Shown here: positions 13,950 to 29,386 of the stretch, one piece after another | How positions within the stretch are numbered: position 1 is the first letter of the stretch | How the letters are laid out: each line of letters begins with the position of its first letter | Assembly: GCA_964016885.1 (NCBI GenBank) | Contig: OZ024761.1 | Coordinates: 12,462,001-12,526,000, forward strand | Source: Eledone cirrhosa | Lineage: Eukaryota | DNA length: 64,000 nucleotides | Reading direction: 5' to 3' | Notes under the pieces: generated by a model | Seen by the model: only the letters and a program-made list of their open reading frames with translations | The model's database searches: none | What the model was told of the DNA's origin: nothing | Position numbers and translations under genes: made by a program

Positions 13950-15020
13950 TTCTTCCTGTTGTGTTCACAAGAGTGTCAGTTACAAAGCTTGGCTAGATGT
14001 TGTTCCACCATAACTCAACACATTGCTGTCCTTTGTCATTAAACTCTGCCAAGTCCAATGCTGTGCAGGGGTGTTCCAGCAGGGGGAATGTCAGGTTGTG
14101 TGGCGTAGTCTGTTGTTCAATGGCACAGTCACATACAATATCCCTATCCTTTAGAGTAAAGCGACTACATATACACACTATATATAATATACGACACTAT
14201 ATATATATACAACATTTTATATACACTATATATATATACAACATTATATATACACTATATATATACAAGAATAAACGAGAGTCTTGTCGTGTCCACAAGA
14301 ATGTCAGCTACAAAGCTTGGCTAGATGTGGTCCCGTCACAGCTGAACACATTGCTGTCCTTTGTCATTAAACTCTGCCAAGTCCAATGCTGTGTAGGGGT
14401 GTTACAACAGGGGTGTTACAACAGGGGTGTTACAGCAGGGTATTACAGCAGGGGTGTTACAGCAGGGTGTTACAGCAGGGGTGTTACAGCAGGGTGTTAC
14501 AGCAGGGTGTATATCAGGAGATGCTGCGTAGTCTGTGGTTCGATGCTGCAGTCACACATAACGTCCCCATCCTTTAAATATCCCCATTTTGCAAGAGTAA
14601 CTTTTGCACATACATTACAGTAGTTAGTATTAGTGGCTATCAGACATAGTGTATCTAGGACTATATTATCCAATGTACAGTTCTCCTTCTTGTCGTGTCC
14701 ACAAGAATGTCAGTTACAAATCTTGGCTAGATGTGGTTCTGCCACAACTGAACACATTGCCAAGTCCAATGCTGTGCAGGGGTGTTACAACAGGGGTGTT
14801 ACAACAGGGGGCATATCGGGAGGTGCTGCGTAGTCTGTGGTTCGATGCCGCAGTCACACACAACGTCCCCATCCTTTAAATATCCCCATTTTGCAAGAGT
14901 GACTTTTGCACGTCCAACACCAGATCTTAGTCTGTTTAGACATGTCCACACTGCATAGTTTGTATCTGCTCCAGGGGCTTAGTGCCTCACTCACCTTTAG
15001 CTCCTCCATTATTGTTACTG
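13950..15020 (-). mobile_element. Vingi/Ingi-like LINE 3' end, present three times in tandem
   Basis: Minus strand reads PGADTNYAVWTCLNRLRSGVGRAKVTLAKWGYLKDGDVVCDCGIEPQTTQHL..CTALDLAEFNDKGQQCVELWWNNI*, with a C-terminal zinc knuckle. 3' ends at about 13950, 14280 and 14685. Confidence 0.75.
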
Positions 15021-15063
15021 ATAGGAGTTACTGCACAATTAATATTGGTGCAGTGCACGTTAC

Positions 15064-15413
15064 AATGTTACTGCACATTCGATATTGGTGAAATGCACAT
15101 AATGTTACTGCACATTCGATATTGGTGAAATGCACATAATGTTTCTGCACATTCGATATTGGTGAAATGCACATAATGTTACTGCACATTCGATATTGGT
15201 GAAATGCACATAATGTTACTGCACATTCGATATTGGTGAAATGCACATAATGTTACTGCACATTCGATATTGGTGAAATGCACATAATGTTACTGCACAT
15301 TCGATATTGGTGAAATGCACATAATGTTACTGCACATTCGATATTGGTGAAATGCACATAATGTTTCTGCACATTCGATATTGGTGAAATGCACATAATG
15401 TTACTGCACATTC
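15064..15413. repeat. 37-bp tandem repeat (~9.5 copies)
   Basis: Unit AATGTTACTGCACATTCGATATTGGTGAAATGCACAT. Confidence 0.95.
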
Positions 15414-15467
15414 AATTCTAGATTTAAAACATTTTTACCTCAAAAGATTCTGAATCAGTTTGGGGAA

Positions 15468-16533
15468 AAAATTTCAAGAGAACATTGATCACAGGACAAC
15501 TGGATCACTGCCGGCCTAGGGTTAAAATTTCAAGAGAACATTGATCACAGGACAACTGGATCACTGCCGGCCTAGGGTTAAAATTTCAAGAGAACATTGA
15601 TCACAGGACTACTGGATCACTGCCGGCCTAGGGTTAAAATTTCAAGAGAACATTGATCACAGGACTACTGTATCACTGCCGGCCTAGGGTTAAAATTTCA
15701 AGAGAACATTGATCACAGGACAACTGGATCACTGCCGGCCTAGGGTTAAAATTTCAAGAGAACATTGATCACAGGACTACTGGATCACTGCCGGCCTAGG
15801 GTTAAAATTTCAAGAGAACATTGATCACAGGACTACTGGATCACTGCCGGCCTAGGGTTAAAATTTCAAGAGAACATTGATCACAGGACAACTGGATCAC
15901 TGCCGGCCTAGGGTTAAAATTTCAAGAGAACATTGATCACAGGACTACTGGATCACTGCCGGCCTAGGGTTAAAATTTCAAGAGAACATTGATCACAGGA
16001 CTACTGGATCACTGCCGGCCTAGGGTTAAAATTTCAAGAGAACATTGATCACAGGACAACTGGATCACTGCCGGCCTAGGGTTAAAATTTCAAGAGAACA
16101 TTGATCACAGGACTACTGGATCACTGCCGGCCTAGGGTTAAAATTTCAAGAGAACATTGATCACAGGACTACTGGATCACTGCCGGCCTAGGGTTAAAAT
16201 TTCAAGAGAACATTGATCACAGGACAACTGGATCACTGCCGGCCTAGGGTTAAAATTTCAAGAGAACATTGATCACAGGACTACTGGATCACTGCCGGCC
16301 TAGGGTTAAAATTTCAAGAGAACATTGATCACAGGACTACTGGATCACTGCCGGCCTAGGGTTAAAATTTCAAGAGAACATTGATCACAGGACTACTGGA
16401 TCACTGCCGGCCTAGGGTTAAAATTTCAAGAGAACATTGATCACAGGACTACTGGATCACTGCCGGCCTAGGGTTAAAATTTCAAGAGAACATTGATCAC
16501 AGGACTACTGGATCACTGCCGGCCTAGGGTTAA
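15468..16533. repeat. 56-bp tandem repeat (~19 copies), highly homogeneous
   Basis: Unit AAATTTCAAGAGAACATTGATCACAGGAC(A/T)ACTGGATCACTGCCGGCCTAGGGTTA. Confidence 0.95.
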
Positions 16534-16644
16534 ACAACAACAACACTAATATAAATATATCCACTACAAGTAAAGACATTTGAAGAATGCCAGGGTGTGT
16601 TCCTAATGGAAGCAACATTGTCAAGTCTAAGGACTTCCTTCAGC

Positions 16645-16681
<37 letters not shown>

Positions 16682-16779
16682 GTCAGACATATTTTAGCAA
16701 AGTATTTGACAAACACTTAACAGTTTTTCCACTCAATATGTTTATATACACTGGAGATGGAAACTGCTACTATCTCTTA

Positions 16780-19297
<2,518 letters not shown>

Positions 19298-19889
19298 TAT
19301 ATATACATATATATGTATATATATATTATATACATTTATATGTATATATATATTATATATATATATTATATATATATACACACATATATATATATATATA
19401 TATACACATATATATATTATATATATATACACATATATATATTATATATATATATTATATATATATATTATATATATTATATATATATATTATATATATT
19501 ATATATATATATTATATATATTATATATATATACATATATACATATATACATACATATATATATACATATATATATATACATATATATATACATACATAT
19601 ATATATACATATATATATACATATATATATATACACAGTTATGTCTACATAGTTATGTACACATATACACAGACACTCACACAGAAACAGGAACAATCAC
19701 CCCCACCCCACCCCACCCCTCCAGTCATGTGACAGTGTGGGGGAGGGGGAGGGGGTGTTTATTATATGATAACACCTCCTCCTCCCCCTCCTCCCCACAC
19801 TTTATTATACAATAACAATGTTTGGTGACCAAATGTGTGGCTATAAGAGAACCATGTCATTGTTTAATGGAGTCCTGAGTTACTCATGG

Positions 19890-20330
19890 TGGGGGAGGGT
19901 GGGGTGGAGAGGGTGGAGGAGGGTGGAGGAGGATGTGGGGGGGGGGGGGGGGGGGGGGTTGAGGTGTTGGTGGTGGAGAAGGTGGAGGTGGAGAAGGTGG
20001 TTGCGATGGTGGTTGTTGTCGGAGGTGGAGGTGGTGGAGAAGGTGGAGGTGGAGGTGGTGGTGAAGGTGGAGGTGGCGGAGAAGGTGGTGAAGGAGGTGG
20101 AGGTGGAGAAGGTGGTTGCGATGGTGGTTGTTGTCGGAGGTGGAGGTGGTGGAGAAGGTGGAGGTGGTGGTGAAGGTGGAGGTGGTGGTGAAGGTGGAGG
20201 TGGCGGAGAAGGTGGTGAAGGAGATGGTGGTGGAGGTGGTGGTGGTGGTGGTGGAGAAGGTGGAGAAGGTGGTGAAGGAGATGGTGGTGGAGGTGGTGGT
20301 GAAGGAGGAGGTTGTTGGTGGTGGTGGATT
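19890..20330. repeat. GGT/GGA trinucleotide-rich repeat
   Basis: Visible simple repeat. Confidence 0.9.
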
Positions 20331-20371
20331 AAAATTATGGTTTTTGTTATTCATGTATGCATATATATAGT

Positions 20372-20417
<46 letters not shown>

Positions 20418-20533
20418 TCATCATCATCATCACCGTTTTACGTCCATTCTTCCACACTAGCATGGGTTGGACAGGTTGTCCTGTTGTGGGCAGTGCCAGG
20501 TCGGGTGACCTTGTCTTGCTCATATATATATAA

Positions 20534-20611
20534 TACAGGGTGTTCAAAAAATGTATACACACTTCAACAGCATTCTAATAAATATGTGTATACATATTTT
20601 GGGACATCCTG

Positions 20612-20613
<2 letters not shown>
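20534..20613. mobile_element. Tc1/mariner-type micro-MITE (~80 bp)
   Basis: TA-CAGGGTGTTCAAAAAATGTATACAC ... GTGTATACATATTTTGGGACATCCTG-TA; a related copy lies at 23151-23246. Confidence 0.7.
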
Positions 20614-20656
<43 letters not shown>

Positions 20657-20754
20657 ATGTGTGTTTGCATGTGTGTGTATTTAAAGAGGTAGCTAGATCG
20701 ATACACAGACAGACAGACAGACAAACAGAGAGAGACATAGAGACATAGAGACAG

Positions 20755-20938
20755 AGGGGAGGGGAAAGTTGATTAAATCAACCCCAGTGCGTGACTGGTA
20801 CTTTATTTTATCGACCCCTTAAGGATGAAAGGCAAAGTTAACCTCGGCGGGATTTGAACTCAGATCATAAAGGGCCGTAACTCTTTGCTGCAAAGCATGG
20901 CGTCCAACTCTCTACCTATACTGCCAATCCCCCACCGT
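20755..20938 (-). mobile_element. SINE family 1 copy
   Basis: Reverse complement contains the A and B boxes and the Meta-like domain. Confidence 0.85.
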
Positions 20939-21034
20939 AAGATAGAGAGGTAAATATATTGATAGACAGACAAACAAAAAGATAGATAGATATATTGATA
21001 GACAAACAGTTAGATAGATAGATGTAAATATATT

Positions 21035-21501
21035 GATTTCTTTATTAGCCACAAGGGCGCAACAAGAAAGGGGACAATACAAAGACATGCCGGGGATTTT
21101 ACATACAGTCGTGTAAAAAATATAAAAACAAACAATTTCAACAATCGAAATCCCCAATAGGGGGGAGGCGCCACAAATGGGTTGTTTAATACCCCGTCGA
21201 TAGAACAACCCTCAACTCAAGGAGCGTGTTGTGCAAGTGCTCCTTTCTTCCTTTTGCTCTCTTCCTCAACCTACAGGCTTATAAACAGAGAAGACCCAAT
21301 CACTCGGGCCATTTTCGCTTCATTCACCCACCTTTCAGTAAATTTACTGGGGTGCAGTGCCTCTCTCTCCACCCTGATTCTCCTTCTAAAGTGATACTTA
21401 AAGAATGGAATCAATTGTTGTCCGGAGAGAAAGGCATCTGTCCTCAGTCCTCTCAACCTCGTCCACCATATAACTTCTTTCACCATAGCCACCGTACAGA
21501 G
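21035..21501 (-). mobile_element. Tx1/L1-like LINE 3' fragment with an 18-bp TSD
   Basis: ORF ..VKEVIWWTR..FTERW.. resembles a Tx1 ORF2 C-terminus, with AATAAA at the 3' end. GATAGATGTAAATATATT is duplicated at 21017-21034 and 21502-21519. Confidence 0.7.
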
Positions 21502-21539
21502 GATAGATGTAAATATATTAACAGATGGTCAGTCAGATA

Positions 21540-21865
21540 GAGTCATGGGAGCAGAGTCCTCAAACACTCCTTCCAGTAGGTCCTGTCAGAAGCAACCATC
21601 TCCAACTGTGACCAGCCAAGCTCATGGATGTTATCCAACCAATTTGCTCGGGGTCTCCTGCCGGTTGGTTTTGTCCATAAAATCTGTCCAGTGATTCTTT
21701 CCTGAGACATTCTAACCACATGTCCACATAGTATCAGAGCTGTGATCTCTCAATTCAGAGAAGTAGCGGCTCTACCTGGAGTGACTCTCTCATCTCCGAG
21801 CTACACACGTTATCGAGTAACATTACTCCAAAGACCCCTCGGAGGAACCCCCATTTCGGCCGTTT
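21540..21865 (-). mobile_element. RTE 3' fragment (same family as 10075)
   Basis: Homologous to 10110-10380. Confidence 0.8.
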
Positions 21866-22150
21866 GTATTCGCAATTGTATGCAAACTAAACAACTAATT
21901 CTGGTTTTTAAAAAAGAATCAACAGAGACAACCAAAAAAATTTACAATTTTCCAACCTCCCTCCCCCACATTTAGTCATAACCTCCTACCCACCCATTAT
22001 TTGGGACCCTAATGTAGTTGTAGCCAGAAATTAGTCAGGTGTTTGGTGTCTGAGAGGAACCCAGTGTTATCAGAGATGTAAGACCTCACCTTTGTTAAAC
22101 AGGAAATTCCAGAAGTGACTAACTTGATGTGATGAGGTCAGTGGCTGCAA

Positions 22151-22214
<64 letters not shown>

Positions 22215-22421
22215 AGGGGAAGGGGAGGATGAAGTGAATAGGGTTGTAATAGTCAGCTGAGTAGAGTTACATATACATGTGTGTGTGTGTCTGTCTATGT
22301 GTGTTTCTATATAAGTATTGAACAAACCACAGGTATGAAATTATGAAATTCATAGAAAATGTTGGAACCTCATATATATATATATATATATATATACATG
22401 AATGTGTATATATATATATAT

Positions 22422-22554
22422 AATGAAGGAAATGTTGTAAGGAACCAGATGGACCATAACGCACCAAAGTACTCAATACTTAGGGTAGTAGAGTGGGTGA
22501 TAGGAACGAGTAGGACCCCGACGGCTGAGCTCAAGCCGTTTCGACGGCTAATTC
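22422..22554 (-). mobile_element. TA-embedded family H element, copy A (carries the 3' half of a hammerhead-like motif)
   Basis: AAGGAAATGT.GTAAGGAACCAG..GTACTCAATACTTAGG family; the reverse complement contains GTC-GAAA-CGGCT-TGAGCTC-AGCCG-TC-GGGG. Confidence 0.75.
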
Positions 22555-22564
22555 ATATATATAT

Positions 22565-22600
<36 letters not shown>

Positions 22601-22659
22601 ATATATATGTATATGTATGAATGTATACGTATGTATGTATTACAAAGACCAAAATCCAA

Positions 22660-23090
22660 AGAGGATTCGAGAATCATTCCAGGTAGAGCTGCTATTTCTC
22701 CGAATTCAGAGATCACAGCTCCGATACTATGGACATGTGGTTAGAATGTCTGAGGAAAGAATGCGTAGCTCAGAGATCAGAGAGTCATTCCAGGTAGAGC
22801 TGCTACTTCTCCGAATTGAGAGATCACAGCTCCGATACTACAGGCATGTGGTTAGAGTGTCTCAGGAAAGAATCGTTGGACCGATTTACAGGCAAAACCA
22901 ACCGGTAGGAGACCCAGGGGTAGACCCAAAGCAAGATGGTTGGATAACATCCACGAGCTTGACTGGTCACGCTTGGGGATCCAGCTGGATCAGTTAGAGA
23001 TGGTTGCTTCTGACAGGACCCGTTGGAGGGAGGGTTTGCAGACTCTGCCCCCCCCACGACTCTCTCAGGAAAAAGTGGGTGAAGAACTCC
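22660..23090 (+). mobile_element. RTE 3' fragment with a ~111-bp internal duplication
   Basis: LR(I)(Q/E)RSQLRYY(G/R)HVVR occurs twice; same family as 10075. Confidence 0.8.
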
Positions 23091-23099
23091 CTAATCTAA

Positions 23100-23137
<38 letters not shown>

Positions 23138-23520
23138 GACTGTGTTGATATACAAGATGTCCCCCAAAAATGTATACACACTTTGATTACCTGTACAGAC
23201 AATATTTATTAGAATGCTGTTGAAGTTTGTATACATTTTTGGGGGAAAAAAAACAAAAAAACAACATATTTAAGTCTCTAATCTAAATATGTGTGTGCGT
23301 GTGTGTGTGTATGTGCATGTGTGTGTATGTGTGTGTGTATGTGTATGTGTGTGTGAGAGCTACGAAGGGAGGGGGTAGAGGAGCAGTGACTGGATGTTGG
23401 GATGGAATTGGGGATAGAGAGTTGCCACAGTTTTTGACATGTTTAGGATGGTCTTCCATCTATTTAACTTGCCGGAGGGCGAGAGGGGGGGGGGGGACGG
23501 TGGTGGTGGTGGTGGTGGTT

Positions 23521-25657
23521 TAGTACGACATGGTATGGTAAGGTATGACATGGTATGGTAAGGTATGACGTTGTATGGTAAGGTATAACATGGTATGGTA
23601 AGGTACGGTAAGGTATGACATGGTATGGTAAGGTATGACATGGTATGGTAAGGTATGACATGGTATGGTAAGGTATGACGTGGTAAGGTAAGGTATGACA
23701 TGGTATGGTAAGGTATGACGTGGTATGGTATGGTAAGGTATGACATGGTATGGTAAGGTACGACATGGTATGGTAAGGTATGACGTGGTATGGTAAGGTA
23801 TGGCATGGTATGGTAAGGTAAGGTATGACATGGTATGGTAAGGTATGACGTGGTATGGTAAGGTATGACATGGTATGGTATGGTAAGGTACGACATGGTA
23901 TGGTAAGGTATGACATGGTATGGTAAGGTATGCCATGGTATGGTATGGTAAGGTACGACATGGTATGGTAAGGTATGACATGGTATGGTAAGGTATGCCA
24001 TGGTATGGTATGGTAAGGTACGACATGGTATGGTAAGGTATGACATAGTATGGTAAGGTAAGGTATGACATGGTATGGTAAGGTATGACATGGTATGGTA
24101 AGGTATGACATGGTATGGTAAGGTACGACATGGTATGGTAAGGTATGACGTGGTATGGTAAGGTATGACATGGTATGGTAAGGTAAGGTATGACATGGTA
24201 TGGTAAGGTATGACGTGGTATGGTAAGGTATGACATGGTATGGTATGGTAAGGTACGACATGGTATGGTAAGGTATGACATGGTATGGTAAGGTATGCCA
24301 TGGTATGGTATGGTAAGGTACGACATGGTATGGTAAGGTATGACATAGTATGGTAAGGTAAGGTATGACATGGTATGGTAAGGTATGACATGGTATGGTA
24401 AGGTAAGGTATGACATGGTATGGTAAGGTATGACATGGTATGGTAAGGTAAGGTATGACATGGTATGGTAAGGTATGACATAGTATGGTAAGGTAAGGTA
24501 TGACATGGTATGGTAAGGTATGACATGGTATGGTAAGGTAAGGTATGACATGGTATGGTAAGGTATGACATAGTATGGTAAGGTATGACATGGTATGGTA
24601 AGGTAAGGTATGACATGGTATGGTAAGGTATGACATAGTATGGTAAGGTATGACATGGTATGGTAAGGTAAGGTATGACATGGTATGGTAAGGTAAGGTA
24701 TGACGTGGTATGGTAAGGTAAGGTATGACATGGTATGGTAAGGTAAGGTATGACGTGGTATGGTAAGGTAAGGTATGACATGGTATGGTAAGGTAAGGTA
24801 TGACATGGTATGGTAAGGTAAGGTATGACGTGGTATGGTAAGGTAAGGTATGACATGGTATGGTAAGGTAAGGTATGACGTGGTATGGTAAGGTATGACA
24901 TGGTATGGTAAGGTAAGGTATGACATGGTATGGTAAGGTAAGGTATGACGTGGTATGGTAAGGTAAGGTATGACATGGTATGGTAAGGTAAGGTATGACA
25001 TGGTATGGTAAGGTAAGGTATGACATGGTATGGTAAGGTAAGGTATGACGTGGTATGGTAAGGTATGACATAGTATGGTAAGGTAAGGTATGACATGGTA
25101 TGGTAAGGTATGACATGGTATGGTAAGGTAAGGTATGACATGGTATGGTAAGGTATGACATGGTATGGTAAGGTAAGGTATGACATGGTATGGTAAGGTA
25201 TGACATAGTATGGTAAGGTATGACATGGTATGGTAAGGTATGACATGGTATGGTAAGGTATGACATAGTATGGTAAGGTAAGGTATGACATGGTATGGTA
25301 AGGTATGACATGGTATGGTAAGGTAAGGTATGACATGGTATGGTAAGGTATGACATGGTATGGTAAGGTAAGGTATGACATGGTATGGTAAGGTATGACA
25401 TAGTATGGTAAGGTAAGGTATGACATGGTATGGTAAGGTAAGGTATGACATGGTATGGTAAGGTATGACATAGTATGGTAAGGTATGACATGGTATGGTA
25501 AGGTAAGGTATGACATGGTATGGTAAGGTATGACATAGTATGGTAAGGTATGACATGGTATGGTAAGGTAAGGTATGACATGATATGGTAAGGTATGACA
25601 TGGTATGGTAAGGTAAGGTATGACGTGGTATGGTATGACGTGGTATGACATGGTATG
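23521..25657. repeat. 2.1-kb pentamer-based satellite (TGGTA/AGGTA/TGACA)
   Basis: 5-bp register with 20- and 25-bp higher-order units. Confidence 0.95.
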
Positions 25658-25771
25658 GACCTGTAACTCCTGAGAGAGTCATAGAGGCGCCATATGGACA
25701 TATTTCTAGGGCATGGCGAAGCCCATCCCCTCTCCAGGCCTGAATACAGTAAATTTCTTCCAGAGAAGGAT

Positions 25772-25802
<31 letters not shown>

Positions 25803-25945
25803 GTGAGAAAGATACAGACGAAGAATCAACCCCAGTATCTGACTGGTACTCTTTTATCGACCATTAATGGATTCGAGCAGAGAGAGAAAATGAATTCCAT
25901 TCTTATCCGACACTCTAACAACTCTACCAAGTCATCGCATAACAT
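25658..25945 (-). mobile_element. SINE family 1-related element with a longer 3' tail ending in ACCAT repeats
   Basis: Homologous to 30950-31215; contains the reverse complement of GTCGATAAAAGAGTACCAGT. Confidence 0.65.
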
Positions 25946-25964
25946 TGGATAGACATGCAGTAAC

Positions 25965-26303
25965 TATAGACGGTCGGACGCCATGCTTTCTAGCATAGAG
26001 TTACGGCCCTTTCCATTCTGAGTTCAAATCCCGCCGAGGTTAACTTTGTCTTTCTTCCATCCTTACGGGGGTTGCTAAAATAAAGTACCAGTAATGCACT
26101 GGAGTAATTGCTGGCCTTGTGCCAAAAGTAGAAACAACTATTTTATGTTTTGTTGAATAAAAGGAAAAAAGGTAGAAAACAAAGAAAGGAGGGGGGGGGG
26201 GTGTAAATGTAATAATAATAATAATTGTTTCTACTTTAGGCACAAGGCCAGCAATTACCCCAGTACATTACTGGTACTTTATTTTATCGACCCCGTAAGG
26301 ATG
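25965..26303. mobile_element. Two SINE family 1 copies in tail-to-tail orientation (25965-26140 +, 26212-26303 -)
   Basis: B box and Meta-like domain; tails TGTGCC.AAAGTAGAAACAA. Confidence 0.8.
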
Positions 26304-27246
26304 GAAGAAGAAAAAGAAAAAGAAGGCAAAGAAGAAGAAGAAGGCAAAGAAGAAGAAGAAGAAGAAGAAGGCAAAGAAGAAGAAGAAAAAGAAAAAGAAG
26401 AAGGCAAAGAAGGCAAAGAAGAAGAAGAAGAAGAAGAAGAAGAAGGAGGAGGGGGGGGGGGGGTAATAAGTGTGAAGTGTGGTGAATTCAAGACAGGATG
26501 AGATGTAAAGGATGTGGCAATGACTGACTTATGTAAGTAATGGGAGTGGGGGGTGGGTAGTGGGGGGTAGGTAGTGGAGGGATGTCACTATGAGAGAGAG
26601 AGAGAGAGACATGGACTGGGGTGGGGATAGAGGCAGAGGGACATCACCATAGGAGAGAGAGAGAGAGAGAGAGAGGGGCCCTGAGGGAGAGAGATAGGGT
26701 TCAGACAGAGAGAGAGAGAGATAGATAGGCTCAGACAGAGAGAGAGAGAGATAGGCTCAGACAGAGAGAGAGAGGAGGGGAGAGAAAGAGAGAGAGATAG
26801 GCTCAGACAGAGAGAGGGGGGGAATAGGCTGACAGAGAGGAGGGGGGGGGGGATAGATAGACTCAGACAGAGAGAGAGGAGGGGAGAGAGAGATAGATGG
26901 GCTCAGACAGAGAAAGAGAGGCCCTGAGGGAGAGGATATTTAAATTGGAAAGGAAGTATTATTGAGTGTCAAATTAACTGCCGACATTACATATGTAGTG
27001 AGTTGGCAGGGGGGAATTAATTAAATAATTTGGACAGATTATATATATATATACATATATATACACATACAAATATATACATACGTAAATATTCATACAT
27101 ATATATATATATGCAAACGTTCTATTTAAATTGTTGGGATACAACAAGCAGCAAATATTTTTATAACTGATATAAAGCACTCAACAAGTATTTGGAGTAA
27201 ACATACGATATTAACAAATGGAAACTATATTTATAAAACCATATTT

Positions 27247-27310
27247 ATTTTATTATACATATTTCAAGGACACCATGTTAAATTATGGTGTGCTTTCATC
27301 AGATAAAATA
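27247..27310 (-). ncRNA. Type I minimal hammerhead ribozyme motif; inverted second copy at 27352-27420 (+) with core CTGCTGA
   Basis: Minus strand TATTTTAT-CTGATGA-AAGCACACCAT..ATGGTGTCCTT-GAAA-TATGTA-TA-ATAAAAT. It lies within 110-bp inverted arms 27203-27313 and 27350-27460. Confidence 0.75.
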
Positions 27311-27456
27311 TATATATATGTCAATATTTATTTATAAAACTGATCCATATTATATTTTGTCTGCTGAAAGCACACCATAATTTAACGCGGTGTCCTTGAA
27401 ATATGTATAATTAAATAAATATGGTTTTATAAATATAGTTTCCATTTGTTAATATC

Positions 27457-27557
<101 letters not shown>

Positions 27558-27822
27558 CGAGACACGGTCACCCGACCAACCTTGCCTCAAGTGGGATAAC
27601 TCCCGTCTAACCCATGCTAGCGTGGAAGATGGACGTTAAACGAAGATGATGATGATGATGATAATATATATATATATATAAGCAAAAGGGATATTTAATT
27701 TGTTGGTAATTCAACAAATATATATATTTATAACTGATTCGAAGCACTCAACAAGTTTTCTGGAGAATGATATCAATGATATTAAATGGAAACTATATTT
27801 ATAAAACCATATTTATTGTATT

Positions 27823-28420
27823 ACTAGCAGTGGTACCCGCCGTTGCACGGGATAAGGTATTTTGGAACGTGGGCCGCCAACAGACCTAATCGTGGAAAAA
27901 CTACATGCCTCGACAATATGTAAAGAAAATAAACCGAATACTCTGATGACTGGATAGTCTTTAAGATTTTCCTCGATGAAGCAGAAAAAATGCAGGTTTT
28001 CACCTAATGTGGGCCCTAGGGGATCAAGAAAATGAATTTTTCTTATGTGCATAATATGCCTTGAAATTTCGGGAAAATCGGTTAGACGTAACGCCTCCAA
28101 AAAGCTCTAAGAAGCTGAAAAAAATGAAGTTTTTCACCTAATGCAGGCAGCAGACAGTCAGACATACAGACAGATATTATAAGGGCGCGACGTTATATGT
28201 ATGTATGTATCTAAAAAGAGAAAGACTAAGAATTATAGAGAGAGATCGCTAAATCATCTAATGCGGTCCCTAGGGCATTGAAAATTTGAAATGTTTTTTG
28301 CTCAGAACACTCCCTAAAACATAAGTATTACATGTGTAAAGTTTGAAAACAGTCGGTTGGGTGGTTCTCTAGTTTTAGGGATTCATACTCACACACAGAC
28401 ATACATCCTCAGTTTTATAT
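27823..28420 (+). mobile_element. Non-autonomous Helitron/Helentron-like element
   Basis: Starts ACTAGCAGTGGTACCCGCCGTTGCACGGG (subterminal hairpin) and ends in a microsatellite plus CAGTTTTATATAT. An inverted homolog lies at 47295-47945. Confidence 0.65.
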
Positions 28421-28422
28421 AT

Positions 28423-28477
28423 ATTATATATATTTCAAGGGTACCAAAACTTTGGTACGCCCTCATCAGATAAAATA
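28423..28477 (-). ncRNA. Hammerhead motif whose stem I 3' strand is displaced by the Helitron-like insertion
   Basis: Minus strand TATTTTAT-CTGATGA-GGGCGTACCAAAGTTTTGGTACCCTT-GAAA-TATATA-TA. Confidence 0.65.
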
Positions 28478-28755
28478 CAAAGTTTGTTTTATAAATATTG
28501 ACATATCCAAAAAGGATATCTTAACGGATCAAGTTATTCCTGGATAGTATATCCTGGTTATATATAAATATATATATATATATATACATACATAAATATA
28601 CATAAACATAAATATATATATATATATATATACATATATATATACATAGACATAAATATACATACATATATATATATATATATATACATACACACATATA
28701 TATACATACACATATACATATATACATATATACATACACATATACATATATACAT

Positions 28756-28808
<53 letters not shown>

Positions 28809-29050
28809 CATATATGATGATGGCTGCCCCCTCATTATCGAGTATGGCCATTGCACATAAAGATGACACAGCTGCGTGTTTGTGCTACGCACATAGCACC
28901 CCCCCCCCCCCACCCCACCCCTGCGGCTGTGCCCAGTGGCAAGCCAAAGCAAGATAACAGGACAGTTACGAGGATGGCATGTCATCATCATCATTGTAAC
29001 GTCTACCTTCCACGCTAGCATGGGTTTAGGCGGGTGTCTATATATATGTC

Positions 29051-29117
<67 letters not shown>

Positions 29118-29118
<1 letters not shown>

Positions 29119-29308
29119 AAGAAGGAAATGTGGTAAGGAACCAGGTGGACCATAACGCACCAAAGTACTCAATACTTAGGGTAGTAGAGTGGGTAATAGG
29201 AACGAGTAGGACCCCGACGGCTGAGCTCAAGCCGTTTCGACGGTTAATTCTGAGTCCAGAATTAGCCGTCGAAACGGCTTGAGCTCAGCCGTCGGGGTCC
29301 TACTCGTT

Positions 29309-29313
<5 letters not shown>
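29118..29313. mobile_element. Family H copy B, fold-back form (arms 29196-29252 and 29257-29313)
   Basis: Palindrome centred at about 29254, flanked by (TA)n. Confidence 0.8.
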
Positions 29314-29363
<50 letters not shown>

Positions 29364-29386
29364 TTCGCTCTACATGGCTGAATACA

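Noticed and set aside
15064-16533. CRISPR-like appearance of the 37-bp and 56-bp arrays
   Set aside because: Head-to-tail repeats with no unique spacers, no cas genes, eukaryotic context
19818-20684. Gly/Val/Glu-rich 288-aa ORF, and the similar ORF at 53945-54517
   Set aside because: GGT/GGA trinucleotide repeats running into other repeats
23360-25829. ~750-aa minus-strand ORFs
   Set aside because: Pentamer satellite; all three frames give the same permuted peptide
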